DNA of 64,000 nt from positions 480,001 through 544,000 of the forward strand of contig CBDCWC010000003.1 in NCBI GenBank assembly GCA_965223295.1. Reading direction: 5' to 3'. The position numbers were made by a program, and so were the translations under genes. Shown here piece after piece: positions 40,371 to 51,004 of the stretch. Below the pieces are notes generated by a model. The model was not told where the DNA came from and ran no database searches. It worked only from the letters and a program-made list of their open reading frames with translations. The DNA comes from Nitrospirales bacterium. GTDB lineage: Bacteria > Nitrospirota > Nitrospiria > Nitrospirales > UBA8639. Each line of letters starts with the position of its first letter. Positions within the stretch are counted from its first letter, which is position 1.

Positions 40371-41264
40371 ATGGCATTGAATCAAAAGCCACAAACCTCT
40401 GGCCGCTCTCGCCGAGAAAAGAGACGCAGGCTTCAACCAACCCTCACCATGTTCTGGCGTGTTGGTCGTCGATGCGGGCAGGTGTGCCGGGCGTTTTTGA
40501 AAGCGGTGTGGGCCTCACCTCCTCTCGTTCGTGTAACGATCATCCCTATTCTGCTGTTTCTTCTATGGTTCGGAGTGAACGTGGCGTTTCAGACATACCA
40601 TAAGCCCAGCGAAATGCTCTTTCCCTTGGAACGCTCCTTCACCAAACACCCCACTGAAACGTGGAAAGAATATGAGACGCTCTTCCGCGAGCATGCCACG
40701 GCCATCATCACACCAGAACTGTTGGCCGCGCTGGCGCAAGCTGAAGGTGGAGGAAATCCCGTGGCACGAACCTATTGGCGATGGGAACTCACATGGAATC
40801 CCTTCACGTTGTACCAACCAGCATCAAGCGCAGTCGGCATGTACCAGATTACGGATGGAACGTTTGACGAAGCAGCACAGTATTGCATCCATGATCATCA
40901 AGTGGTTGAGGAAGGGCCGTGGCATGATTTTCAATCTTGTTGGTTCAATAGCCTCTACCTGCGCATCTTGCCAAGCCATGCCATCGAATTGACAGCGGCC
41001 TATCTGCATTCCCGCATCATACAAACGATCGGCCCACAACGGATGGGGACGGTCCCACTCCAACGAAAACAAAACCTGGCAGCCATCATCCATCTCTGCG
41101 GAGCCGGAGCAGGACGAGCTTATGCCGCGCGTGGATTTCGGCTCACCCCGCACCAGCATTGTGGAGACCACAATGCGAGCAAGTATCTAAAACAGATCAA
41201 TCAGTTAAAAGACCGGTTCGCAAATCGGGCAGGCACAACCGAAACGATCCGACAGGCCCACTAA
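40371..41264 (+). CDS. Membrane-anchored lytic transglycosylase (SLT-like); start uncertain
   Basis: LLAALAQAEGGGNP, SSAVGMYQITDGTF. Confidence 0.8.
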   Translation: MALNQKPQTSGRSRREKRRRLQPTLTMFWRVGRRCGQVCRAFLKAVWASPPLVRVTIIPILLFLLWFGVNVAFQTYHKPSEMLFPLERSFTKHPTETWKEYETLFREHATAIITPELLAALAQAEGGGNPVARTYWRWELTWNPFTLYQPASSAVGMYQITDGTFDEAAQYCIHDHQVVEEGPWHDFQSCWFNSLYLRILPSHAIELTAAYLHSRIIQTIGPQRMGTVPLQRKQNLAAIIHLCGAGAGRAYAARGFRLTPHQHCGDHNASKYLKQINQLKDRFANRAGTTETIRQAH

Positions 41265-41335
41265 TCTTTACATTCCTCATGGCTTCAGCCTACCTTTCCA
41301 GCTTTGCAAATTAAGATCTTGAGAATTAGTAGAGA

Positions 41336-41983
41336 CTACGAGAATCGTGGCTTAATTAAGAAGACCCCATCACGAAGAGTGAGGAGCACTGCCGAGACTC
41401 GCGGTTCGGCATGGACAACCCGATTCAATTCTTGAATCGCCGCCGTATTCGTATCGGGTGGAGGCATGGTCAACACATCACCACTCCATAAGACATTATC
41501 GATCAGAATCACCCCTGTTGGAGCGATCAAGTCCAACGCTCGTTGAAAATAGTTCACATAATTGGCCTTATCTGCGTCGATAAAAATGAGATCAAAAGAG
41601 CCCGTTACATCACAGAGAGTCTCCAGCGCTGGACCTAACCGAAGCTGAATTTTTGAGCCATGAGAACTGTCGGCCCAATATTTCTTCGCAAGCGCCGTTG
41701 ATTCAGGATCGATATCACAGGTGACAACCTCGCCGTTATCAGGAAGACTTTCCGCAAAACATAGCGCGCTATAGCCTGTGAACGTCCCAATTTCTAAGAT
41801 GCGCGTTGCTCCAACCGTCATGGCCATGATCTTCAAGAAGGCCCCTTCCAGTGGCCCGACAACCATTTGAGGTACATCCATCGTACGGTTGGTTTCTTCG
41901 CGAAGACGTCGGCACATATCAGACTCCGCAAGCGAATGAGTCTCCGCATAAGCTTCAATATCCGGCAACACCATTGGTTTCAT
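41336..41983 (-). CDS. Class I SAM-dependent O-methyltransferase (CCoAOMT-like)
   Basis: LEIGTFTGYS, FIDADK.NY, DNVLWSG; AAGGAG RBS before ATG 41983. Confidence 0.92.
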   Translation of the reverse strand: MKPMVLPDIEAYAETHSLAESDMCRRLREETNRTMDVPQMVVGPLEGAFLKIMAMTVGATRILEIGTFTGYSALCFAESLPDNGEVVTCDIDPESTALAKKYWADSSHGSKIQLRLGPALETLCDVTGSFDLIFIDADKANYVNYFQRALDLIAPTGVILIDNVLWSGDVLTMPPPDTNTAAIQELNRVVHAEPRVSAVLLTLRDGVFLIKPRFS

Positions 41984-42071
41984 GCGTACTCCTTTCAATA
42001 AACTTCTCTCAAGGTTAAAAGAGTCATCTTGCTGGTCACTTCTTTGAAAATCAAGCACCTATCGCTTTATG

Positions 42072-42111
42072 AGGAGTCAGACTCGAATTAAATAATTCGC
42101 GTCTGACCCCT
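42072..42111. repeat. Family B palindrome, degenerate
   Basis: AGGAGTCAGACTCGAATTAAATAATTCGCGTCTGACCCCT. Confidence 0.85.
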
Positions 42112-42202
42112 TATAGGGTATGCATTGCCAATCTTTGGAGAACTGGGTAGAGTCCTCCACACTTAATCTTGAAACCGATCTCAAACTCAAAGGAAATATC
42201 CC

Positions 42203-43765
42203 ATGCCCACCACGACTTCGCTTGATCACCTAATCTCCAAACTTCGAGAGATTCATCATCTGCGGGATGCTGCAGCTGTCCTCTCGTGGGATCAAGAGAC
42301 CTACATGCCAGAAGGAAGCGGGAAGATCCGAGCTGAACAACTCGCTACGATACAAACACTTGCTCACAACCAGTTTGTGGCACCTGAGATCGAGTCCCTG
42401 CTTGGCTTTTTTATTGATCTCGAAACCGGAACCCTTCTTCCCCAACACCACGATTCTCTAGATGATGCCTACCAGGCATTACTTCGTGAAACCTGGAGAG
42501 ACTTTTCTCGTGCAAAAAAGCTGCCTTCAGCGTTTGTGAATGAACTGGAACGAGAATGTTCTCTCGCACAACAGGTCTGGGCCGAAGCACGCAAGACCAA
42601 CGATTTTCAGCGTTTCCTTCCAAACTTAGAACGGCTTGTGGGATTCAAACGGCAAGAGGCAGATTATCTGGGGTTTACCGACACGCCCTATAATGCATTA
42701 CTGGATAGCTTTGAACCCGGATCGACCGTGGCTCAGCTCCGCCCTTTGTTTGCTGAACTGCGGCCCCACCTAATTCGGCTACTCGATCAGATCCGAAACT
42801 CTCCCGTTCAACCCAACACCCGCCTACTCACGCAATCGTTTGACACGACGAAGCAGATGGAGTTTAGCCGCCTTGTGCTCAAACAGATGGGGTATGATTT
42901 TCAGCGGGGCCGCCTTGATCTTTCTGCCCATCCCTTTACGACTTCGTTTCACCCAACTGACACCCGAGTCACGACACGAGTCTTTGAGACGGATATGCCT
43001 TCATGCCTGTTTAGTTGCATCCATGAAGGTGGGCACGGCTTGTACGAGCAAGGCCTCTCACCCAAGCATTATGGGACACCTCTGGGCGAAGCTATTTCCT
43101 TAGGTATTCATGAGAGTCAGTCACGCTTGTGGGAAAATTCTGTGGGCCGATCGCAAGCCTTTTGGCAATATTTCTACCCCAAACTGCAGGAAACATTTCC
43201 TACTCAACTTGGCAGCGTATCAATTGACGAATTTTATTTGGCTATTAATCGCGTCACCCCTTCGTTGATTCGTGTCGAAGCAGACGAACTGACCTATAAC
43301 CTGCATATTATGGTGCGGTTTGAAATTGAACTTGACGTCATTGAAGGACGAGTCCAGATCGATGAATTACCCGACCTCTGGAATGCCAAAATACAGGAAT
43401 ACTTGGGAATCACGCCGCCCAATGATGCAGAAGGGGTACTGCAAGACGTGCATTGGTCATTTGGAGCATTTGGTTACTTCCCCACGTACACCTTAGGCAA
43501 CCTCTATGCCACCATGCTGTTTCATCAAGCCAAGATAGAGATCCCCGACCTTCTCCACCATATTAGTGAAGGAAATTGCTTGTCGTTAAAAAAATGGTTA
43601 AATGAACGGGTGCATCGATGGGGACGCCAATATTCATCCAGCGACCTGATTCAGCAAATAACCGGACAACCGCTGACATCTCAGCCTTTTCTCCGGGATT
43701 TAGAAGAAAAGTTCAGCAACCTGTATCAATTCCCGACAAGGTCTACGGCCCACGTTTCTCAATAA
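42203..43765 (+). CDS. Carboxypeptidase M32 (Taq family)
   Basis: HPF, HEGGH, HESQS, IRVEADE, GVLQDVHW, GYFPTY. Confidence 0.96.
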   Translation: MPTTTSLDHLISKLREIHHLRDAAAVLSWDQETYMPEGSGKIRAEQLATIQTLAHNQFVAPEIESLLGFFIDLETGTLLPQHHDSLDDAYQALLRETWRDFSRAKKLPSAFVNELERECSLAQQVWAEARKTNDFQRFLPNLERLVGFKRQEADYLGFTDTPYNALLDSFEPGSTVAQLRPLFAELRPHLIRLLDQIRNSPVQPNTRLLTQSFDTTKQMEFSRLVLKQMGYDFQRGRLDLSAHPFTTSFHPTDTRVTTRVFETDMPSCLFSCIHEGGHGLYEQGLSPKHYGTPLGEAISLGIHESQSRLWENSVGRSQAFWQYFYPKLQETFPTQLGSVSIDEFYLAINRVTPSLIRVEADELTYNLHIMVRFEIELDVIEGRVQIDELPDLWNAKIQEYLGITPPNDAEGVLQDVHWSFGAFGYFPTYTLGNLYATMLFHQAKIEIPDLLHHISEGNCLSLKKWLNERVHRWGRQYSSSDLIQQITGQPLTSQPFLRDLEEKFSNLYQFPTRSTAHVSQ

Positions 43766-43944
43766 TTGTGCTATTTCCTCAGTTCTCTCCTTTAAATCGG
43801 TAAGTCCTTCGACAGACTTGTTCTCCTACCAGCTCTAGGCCTAGCGTTCAGCTATTCATTCAACTGAAGTCCGACTTCACTCCTCACAACGGAATGCAAG
43901 AACGGGCTCTATCGTTTTTTCATTTTATTACAAGGAGAGTTTTT

Positions 43945-44271
43945 ATGATTATTAAGAATTCAACCAAGGTTTCATCTCTGCTGTTGGCCATGCTTTTCGC
44001 ATTGGGCCTCTTGGTTCCAACGACTTGGGCCATGGGCACCATGAAAGCGGACATCAATACCGCGAGCATCGAACAATTGGAAGCTGTCACGGGCATCGGG
44101 CAGGATACGGCTCAAAAAATCCTCGCCTATAAAGAGAAACATGGGAATTTCAAAACGATGGAAGAATTAGAAGCGGTCAGCGGAGTAGGAAAAGTACGTT
44201 TGGACGCATTGAATGAAGCATTTACGGTGAAGCCTCTCACAGATGACAACAAAACTTCAATGGCACGGTAA
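43945..44271 (+). CDS. ComEA-type helix-hairpin-helix exported protein
   Basis: Signal peptide; DINTAS.EQL...GIG..TAQKI...GVG; AAGGAG RBS. Confidence 0.88.
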   Translation: MIIKNSTKVSSLLLAMLFALGLLVPTTWAMGTMKADINTASIEQLEAVTGIGQDTAQKILAYKEKHGNFKTMEELEAVSGVGKVRLDALNEAFTVKPLTDDNKTSMAR

Positions 44272-44281
44272 CGCATTCATC

Positions 44282-44318
44282 TCCTGTTTCTTTTTCGCAA
44301 GGCGAAAAAGAAACAGGA
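44282..44318. terminator. Hairpin terminator between convergent genes
   Basis: TCCTGTTTCTTTTTCGC-AAG-GCGAAAAAGAAACAGGA. Confidence 0.75.
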
Positions 44319-44329
44319 ACCGTGAGCAG

Positions 44330-45268
44330 CTACTTTGATTTGTTTGCCATTAATAATTCCTTCGGCAACAGGAATTCCACATCCTCTTCAACGACAGTCA
44401 ATTCTTCGACACCTTCAGCGCCTTGTTCTTTTAAAAACTTAATCACTTGAGAAACCAACACCTCCGGAGCTGATGCACCTGCCGCAATGCCAATGGCCTT
44501 CACACCTTCAAGCCAAGACAACTGAACATCTTGAAACGAATCAATCAAATACGACGTAATTCCACAGCGCTCACCTAATTCCCGTAATCGATTAGAATTG
44601 GAACTATTCGGAGAGCCAATGACAAGAATGGCATCAACAAAACGAGCCAATTCTTTGACCGCATTTTGACGGTTTTGCGTCGCATAGCAGATATCTTCCT
44701 GGTGCGGCCCTTTAATTCCAGGGAACCGCTGATGAAGGGCAGCCACAATATCCCGGCATTCATCGACACTCAACGTGGTTTGAGTCACATAGGATAAATG
44801 CAAAGGATTCTCCACTTCCAACGTTTCGACATCTTCCACAGAAGACACCAAATGAAACTTATCTGGCACCTGCCCCAGCGTTCCTACAACTTCCGGATGT
44901 CCTGCATGCCCAATGAGAATCAACTCATAGGCATTGGTATAATCACGGTTCACTTCATTATGGACTTTGATAACCAAGGGACATGTGGCATCGATGACCT
45001 GAAGATTTCGTCGTTTCGATTCTTCCCACACTGCTTTCGCGACTCCGTGGGCACTGAAAATAACAATCGCTCCATCTGGCACTTCATTCAGCTCTTCAAC
45101 AAAGATCGCACCCTTCTCTCGAAGAGATTCCACCACATGTCGGCTATGCACGATTTCATGGCGGACATAAATAGGAGCCCCATAGGTTTTGAGAGACAAA
45201 TCGACAATTTCAATCGCCCGATCTACCCCGGCACAAAACCCTCTCGGATTGGCTAAATATATTTTCAA
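44330..45268 (-). CDS. ispH: 4-hydroxy-3-methylbut-2-enyl diphosphate reductase
   Basis: [32 protein letters not shown]. Confidence 0.97.
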   Translation of the reverse strand: MKIYLANPRGFCAGVDRAIEIVDLSLKTYGAPIYVRHEIVHSRHVVESLREKGAIFVEELNEVPDGAIVIFSAHGVAKAVWEESKRRNLQVIDATCPLVIKVHNEVNRDYTNAYELILIGHAGHPEVVGTLGQVPDKFHLVSSVEDVETLEVENPLHLSYVTQTTLSVDECRDIVAALHQRFPGIKGPHQEDICYATQNRQNAVKELARFVDAILVIGSPNSSNSNRLRELGERCGITSYLIDSFQDVQLSWLEGVKAIGIAAGASAPEVLVSQVIKFLKEQGAEGVEELTVVEEDVEFLLPKELLMANKSK

Positions 45269-45335
45269 GGCATGTTCCTTTCAAGATAAATATTGTTGAA
45301 TAACCCATGTTAGCATGGCATGAGAGAGCAATCTA

Positions 45336-46346
45336 TCACCCCCAACGAATCAACGCCGTTCCCCAAGTCAATCCACCACCAAAGGCTCCTAGAAGAATCT
45401 GGCTACCGGCCTTGAGCTTATCTTGCCGGTTAGCAAAATCAAGGGCCATTGGCAAGGATGCCGACGACGTATTTCCCACATTCTCCATAATCGTCACACA
45501 GCGATCCAAGGGAATCTCCAGATTGTTGCACAAATGCGAGATCATTCGAACATTGGCTTGATGAAAAATGACCTGTTCCAAGTCTGCGATCTTCCACTTT
45601 TCTTTCTCCAAATGCTCCCCGATGGCTTGGCGCAATTGTCGGATGGCCTGCCGGAATAATTTCCCACCCTGAATACGTAACGTATGCAACCGATTGTCCA
45701 AAACCGCTTGGGAAAGTGGTTGCCGGGAGCCGCCGCCCGCAATATTGACCAAATCATGATAATGGCCATCGGCATGAAGCCGAATACTCATGAGACCGCG
45801 GTCCGGGTCGGCCGATGGTTCCACAATTGCTGCACCTGCACCATCCCCAAATAAGATCGCCGTGCTGAGGTCTTGGTGGTCTAAGGTGCGTGACTTGACT
45901 TCCGAGGCAACAACCAAACACCGGTGAAATTGCCCAGCTCGAAGAAAGTTATCTGCCATCGATAGCCCATACAAAAATCCCGAACAAGAGGCTGAACAGT
46001 CAAATGCCGGAATGCCAAAAATTCCTAATCGCGACTGCAATAAACAACCCGTGGCGGGAAACTTCATATCGGGGGAAGTTGTGGAGACAATAATAGCATC
46101 AAGGTCATGAGGCGTGAGCTGGGCTTGAGCCAAGGCTTGCTGAGAGGCTTGCTCGGCTAAAGACACACAATCTTCATGAGATTCCACCCAATGCCGAGCC
46201 CGAATGCCTGAGACCCGAAAAATATATGTCGGATCCGTCCCCAAAAATTCAGCAATATCGTCATTATCAACTCGTCTGGCCGGAAGCGCTGAACCCGTGC
46301 CGCAAATTCTGGATAATGGCCGATACATGGCAGTGCTAATCGACAT
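45336..46346 (-). CDS. fabH: 3-oxoacyl-ACP synthase III
   Basis: ASCSGF, FGDGAGA, HQAN, GNTSSAS, FGGGLTWG. Confidence 0.93.
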   Translation of the reverse strand: MSISTAMYRPLSRICGTGSALPARRVDNDDIAEFLGTDPTYIFRVSGIRARHWVESHEDCVSLAEQASQQALAQAQLTPHDLDAIIVSTTSPDMKFPATGCLLQSRLGIFGIPAFDCSASCSGFLYGLSMADNFLRAGQFHRCLVVASEVKSRTLDHQDLSTAILFGDGAGAAIVEPSADPDRGLMSIRLHADGHYHDLVNIAGGGSRQPLSQAVLDNRLHTLRIQGGKLFRQAIRQLRQAIGEHLEKEKWKIADLEQVIFHQANVRMISHLCNNLEIPLDRCVTIMENVGNTSSASLPMALDFANRQDKLKAGSQILLGAFGGGLTWGTALIRWG

Positions 46347-46389
46347 AAATTATCATTGGACAATTGAACACGATAATTTTAAGATAGTA

Positions 46390-46544
46390 GGAGTGTTGAA
46401 TAATGAAGACATCAAAGATCATATTTCGCCAGGAATCCCTTGGCGATCAACAGCGTCGGGTCTCTTCAAAAAAGTTCGCTCGCCTACGCGAAGCCGCTTC
46501 GGCGAAGGCAGAGAACGCCGCTGGCGGCCTTTTTCAAGAGACTC
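46390..46544 (-). repeat. Family A repeat, copy 5 (core 46458-46544)
   Basis: Reverse complement closely matches 12859-13019; stem GGGTCTCTTCAAAA...TTTTCAAGAGACTC. Confidence 0.85.
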
Positions 46545-46672
46545 ATAGTAGAAATGACATGTTGGACAGAACAGACTATCGTTCTCTCATAGAATGATGC
46601 AAATTTTAGAAGTGCAAGACTTTCCACCCTCAGTCCAAATCTTGTATAACTCGTCAATGAATAATTGTTTTT

Positions 46673-47776
46673 TTGACCCTGTCTATGTTCAATACATCTA
46701 GACTTGCCCTTTCTCTGAACATGCCCTGCCTGTCAGACTTGAGTCCCCATAGACACATTCCCGGGTTGATTATTGTAAGCATGCTCTTCCTGGGTCCTGG
46801 ATGTTCAACCACGCCTGATGCCGCGGACACTACCGCTCAAGATTCATCTACGTCCCAAGACCTCTCCTCAACAGACGAACAAATTTTTGTGGGCGATTCC
46901 ATTGAAATGAGTTACGACCCTAACGTCATTATGAAACGGGCTGAATCCTTTTTTGACAAAGAATCCTATGCCGAAGCCATCGTCGAATACAAACACTTCC
47001 TTGACTTACATCGAAATCACATGCTCGCGCCCTATGCCCAATACAAAATTGGGGTGAGCCATTACAAGCAATTTCGAACTGTGGACCGAGATCCCGAACC
47101 CTTAAAAAACTCCATTGCCGGATTCGAAAAATTGCTCAAAGAATTCCCCTCCAGCCGCTATGAAGCCGAGGCCAAGAAAACGATATTGCTTTGTAAAGAA
47201 CAGCTGGTCCAGCGGCACCTGATGGTTGGAGAGTTTTATTTTAAACGTGGGTCCTATCTGGCGGCTGCTCATCGATATGAAAAAATCATCAATGAATTTC
47301 CTGAGGTGGAGAAACAAGATGAAGCTATGTTTCTCTTAGCCAAGACTTACCAAGACTTAGGGATAAAAGAATGGACTCAAGAATGGCTGGTCGCGCTGAT
47401 GCAACAATATCCTGACAGTTCCTATCATTCCTCCGCTCAATCACTGTTGGCTGACCTTCATGAAGAAGACCCAACATTGTTAGCAGCCCTACCCAATAAC
47501 CCATTAGTTCCAGACAACACCGCCGCCCTTGCATTATCTACGGATTCGACAACCCCTCCAATACAAGAAGACCCTGTTTTTTTCAACAGCGGCACTCTTC
47601 CAAAGACTTCAATCATTGAAGCCCAAACCGCCATAGCAGCAGAACCATCTTCAGCCTCATCAGCTTGCGCCATCGGTTCCTGGTGTGACCCCCAATCTGT
47701 AACACCAACCCCTCTTGCGAATCCCGAGCTATCGCCAACAAATCCCAAAGCCTGTAAAACCGGAGAATGGTGCTAG
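46673..47776 (+). CDS. bamD: Outer membrane protein assembly factor BamD with C-terminal extension (start uncertain)
   Basis: Lipobox GPGC; TPRs; VDRDP...FPSSRY...VGEFYFKRGSYLAAAHR. Confidence 0.9.
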   Translation: MTLSMFNTSRLALSLNMPCLSDLSPHRHIPGLIIVSMLFLGPGCSTTPDAADTTAQDSSTSQDLSSTDEQIFVGDSIEMSYDPNVIMKRAESFFDKESYAEAIVEYKHFLDLHRNHMLAPYAQYKIGVSHYKQFRTVDRDPEPLKNSIAGFEKLLKEFPSSRYEAEAKKTILLCKEQLVQRHLMVGEFYFKRGSYLAAAHRYEKIINEFPEVEKQDEAMFLLAKTYQDLGIKEWTQEWLVALMQQYPDSSYHSSAQSLLADLHEEDPTLLAALPNNPLVPDNTAALALSTDSTTPPIQEDPVFFNSGTLPKTSIIEAQTAIAAEPSSASSACAIGSWCDPQSVTPTPLANPELSPTNPKACKTGEWC

Positions 47777-47794
47777 CGTGGTATATTTAGGGGT

Positions 47795-47878
47795 TTAGGG
47801 GTCAGACTCGAATTAGTTTGCCCCCTATGCCATCATGTAAGAAAAGGGAAATTAAACTAATTCGAGTCTGACCCCTAA
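47795..47878. repeat. Family B inverted doublet with 34-bp spacer
   Basis: TTAGGGGTCAGACTCGAATTAGTTT-N34-AAACTAATTCGAGTCTGACCCCTAA. Confidence 0.92.
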
Positions 47879-47895
47879 TTCTAGCAAAAAAATTA

Positions 47896-48642
47896 CTATT
47901 GGCCGATATACCAGCCAATACCATTGCGTTCGAGGAAACTCGTGAAGAGCGTGACAGAATCAGTGAAAATCATCACGCCTACGAGGATCAACAGCGCCCC
48001 ACTCACAAAAGACACGCTACCCAAATATTTGCGGAGATTTTTGAAATAACTCAAGAACGTATCCATGCCAAAGGCGGTCAAGAAAAACGGCAGACCAAGC
48101 CCAAACGAATAGGCAGAAAGTAACATGACTCCGCCAGACATCGACTCAGTGGTGCTGGCATAAGCTAAGATCGTACCAAGTACAGGGCCGACACAGGGAG
48201 TCCAGCCAGCGGCAAAAGCTGTCCCAATTAAAAATGAGCCCACATATCCAACCGGCCGAGATTCAAAATGCATGAGCCGACGCTCAGTCATCAACAGATT
48301 TAGTTTCAAAATTCCTAAAAGATACAACCCAAAAATAATAATGAGAATACCGCCAATTTTCCGAATGATATCTTGATATTCATATAAGACTTGCCCAATC
48401 AAACTTGCTGAAGCCCCAAACGCAATAAACACTGTCGAAAAGCCTGCGATAAATAAGAGTGCATTCAACAAAATGGCCGACTTAAAGCGCTGACGTTCTT
48501 CAACTTTTGCGAGATTTTCGACAGACAATCCCGTAATATAGGAGAGATAGGAAGGAACTAATGGCAAAACACATGGTGAGATGAAGGACAAGAGCCCTGC
48601 ACTAAAGGCCGCGAACAAAGAAACTTGAGTAATAGAATCCAT
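47896..48642 (-). CDS. ccdA: Cytochrome c biogenesis protein CcdA
   Basis: AGLLSFISPCVLPLVP, GWTPCVGPVL. Confidence 0.94.
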   Translation of the reverse strand: MDSITQVSLFAAFSAGLLSFISPCVLPLVPSYLSYITGLSVENLAKVEERQRFKSAILLNALLFIAGFSTVFIAFGASASLIGQVLYEYQDIIRKIGGILIIIFGLYLLGILKLNLLMTERRLMHFESRPVGYVGSFLIGTAFAAGWTPCVGPVLGTILAYASTTESMSGGVMLLSAYSFGLGLPFFLTAFGMDTFLSYFKNLRKYLGSVSFVSGALLILVGVMIFTDSVTLFTSFLERNGIGWYIGQ

Positions 48643-48645
48643 CGG

Positions 48646-49272
48646 TTACATCGTTTCAGACGGAGCCTGATATGACTCTTGTAGTAATTCGCGTATTAAC
48701 CGCCGCGCTTCCTGACTGTTCCAATCTCGAGCGCCAAATATTCGCTGTCGAATGATTCCTTGACGATCAATCACATAGGTCATCGGCAACGTCCGTGCTC
48801 CATATGTCAAGCCAACCTGATAATCGGAGTCATGCAATATAGGAAAACTCAACCCCATGGCTTCTTTGAATGGCCGTGTGACAGCCGCCCCTTGTTGGTC
48901 AACTGACACAGCTAACATTTCTAGTCCACTGTCCCGGAAATCTTGGTACAAGGCTTCCATAGCCGGCATCTCGACTTTGCAGGGCCCACACCAAGTGGCC
49001 CAAAAATTCAAAAAGACAACTTTCCCCTGATAATCTGGTAAAGAATGGACAGCGCCCTCCAAGTCCATCAAACGAAACGGTGGAGCGGCCTTGCCAACTG
49101 ACGGCCGTTGATAGGCCACTGACTGAGCAGCCCCTCCATGATCATTTGGAGATTCGGAATATCCAGAATCACAGCCTGATAGGGTGGCAATCAGAATCAA
49201 TATGACCAATCTGAACATCACAACAATCATCCTTCTCCTCTCACCCAAAAATTTGCCGTGTACAACTGACAT
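48646..49272 (-). CDS. TlpA/ResA-family thiol-disulfide oxidoreductase lipoprotein (start probably 49230 or later)
   Basis: LSGC lipobox; NFWATWCGPC..EMP. Confidence 0.92.
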   Translation of the reverse strand: MSVVHGKFLGERRRMIVVMFRLVILILIATLSGCDSGYSESPNDHGGAAQSVAYQRPSVGKAAPPFRLMDLEGAVHSLPDYQGKVVFLNFWATWCGPCKVEMPAMEALYQDFRDSGLEMLAVSVDQQGAAVTRPFKEAMGLSFPILHDSDYQVGLTYGARTLPMTYVIDRQGIIRQRIFGARDWNSQEARRLIRELLQESYQAPSETM

Positions 49273-49493
49273 TCAAAACGGCATCCTGTCAGAATCTCAC
49301 GCTGAAAAAAGATACCCCTCTACCGGTCATCATAAGATCCTGATATTTTTATCGTCAATGAAGTGTTATGCATTGAATATCCAGAAACAGCAATAGCATG
49401 CTTAGAGAGAAAAAATCCCTCCTTACTTCCTAGACAACCCACCAAACATTACGTAGACTACGAAGCCAACCTTCCGATTCGCCACCAGCACAT

Positions 49494-50168
49494 ATGAACG
49501 CTATTCAGGTCGACGATCTTTCAAAATCTTATGGGTTCTACCGTATCTTTGAAGAGGTGTCCTTCACCCTCAAACCGGGAACATGCTTTGCGCTATTCGG
49601 CCCAAATGGGGCTGGAAAAACCACTCTTCTTCGTGTTCTCGCGACGTTGCAAGCTCCCTCTGCAGGACAGTTTACCATTTTTGGGCAAGACGGGGTGGCA
49701 CAAAAAGATGATGTCCGGGCTATTCTCTTATTTCTTGCTCATGGTTCCCACCTATATGACGAACTGAGTGCCACCGAAAATTTGAAATTTTCCCTGGCCC
49801 TGCGTGGGCAAGCACCTGAGCCTCCTCAGTTAAAACGTGCATTAGATCAAACCGGCATTGGCGCATATGGCAATCTCAAAATCCGGCAATTCTCTGCGGG
49901 CATGAAAAAACGTTTGGCCCTGACCAAAGCCATCCTCGCTGAACCACAACTCTTGTTACTTGATGAACCCTATAACGCATTGGATGACGGTGGCGTCGTG
50001 ATTACAAACCAACTTATCCAGGATACCATGAAACGGAGTGGAGCCGTGATCATGACCACACATGACCGAACCAAGGCGGCTCACATCGCCACGGAAGGTG
50101 GCATTCTCCAAGCCGGGCGACTCACACTCCTTTCTCCCGAACAATTACACACCCATGTCATTTCTTAA
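49494..50168 (+). CDS. ccmA: Heme ABC exporter ATP-binding protein
   Basis: GPNGAGKTT, FSAGMKKR, LLDEP; adjacent to ccmB. Confidence 0.92.
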   Translation: MNAIQVDDLSKSYGFYRIFEEVSFTLKPGTCFALFGPNGAGKTTLLRVLATLQAPSAGQFTIFGQDGVAQKDDVRAILLFLAHGSHLYDELSATENLKFSLALRGQAPEPPQLKRALDQTGIGAYGNLKIRQFSAGMKKRLALTKAILAEPQLLLLDEPYNALDDGGVVITNQLIQDTMKRSGAVIMTTHDRTKAAHIATEGGILQAGRLTLLSPEQLHTHVIS

Positions 50169-50832
50169 CACGATACAGTGGGTGGTCTGGAAAGACCTCG
50201 TTAGTGAATGGCGTACCCGGGAGACAATCTCCTCCATGCTGTTTTTCGCCCTCATCGTCATTCTAGTCTTTAGCTTTAGCTTTGCCATGGATCAGGATGC
50301 AGCCCGCCAATTAATCGCCGGGATCATTTGGGTGGCCTTTACCTTTACAGGCATTATTGGGATCGGCAAATCATTTACCTCAGAGCTGCAAAACGATTGC
50401 ATCGAGTCCCTGCAAATGAGTCCTGTTCCGAAGGGCGCTATTTACCTTGGGAAAGTCACCGCCAATTTTTTGTTTATGTTTGCCGTAGAAATCTTGCTCT
50501 TTCCGCTTTTTGTTATCTTTTTCAACTTGGATGTCGTCGAAGCCGTTGGCATGTTACTCTTCGTCTTCTTCTTGGCCACATTGGGCTTATCTGCAGTCGG
50601 TACATTGTTCTCTGCTCTAACGGTACAAATTCGAGCTAGAGAAGTTATGCTTCCTGTCTTGCTCTTACCCTTGGCCGTGCCAGTTATGATCGCCGCGGTT
50701 GAAGCCACACGTGGCACACTGAATGGCGATCCCTATAACTTTTATTCTCAATGGCTTCATCTGTTAGTCATCTTTGACATCATTTTCACCGTTGTCTCCT
50801 TCTGGCTCTTCGAATTCATCCTCGATGGATAA
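50155..50832 (+). CDS. ccmB: Heme exporter permease CcmB
   Basis: WKDL..EWR.RE...REVMLPVLLLPL.VPV. Confidence 0.93.
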   Translation: MSFLNTIQWVVWKDLVSEWRTRETISSMLFFALIVILVFSFSFAMDQDAARQLIAGIIWVAFTFTGIIGIGKSFTSELQNDCIESLQMSPVPKGAIYLGKVTANFLFMFAVEILLFPLFVIFFNLDVVEAVGMLLFVFFLATLGLSAVGTLFSALTVQIRAREVMLPVLLLPLAVPVMIAAVEATRGTLNGDPYNFYSQWLHLLVIFDIIFTVVSFWLFEFILDG

Positions 50833-51004
50833 CATTTCATTCCCATGGCCTACTACTAGCTCTCTGAACCAGCGATTAATCATATGAGACTCACATTCTA
50901 TGCACTATGATTGGTACTCCCTCACAATGAGATAGATTTATAGGGAAGAAGTTCTCTGTTTTCCAGGAATAGTATTTGAGCAACTGGATGAAGCTATAGG
51001 CATC

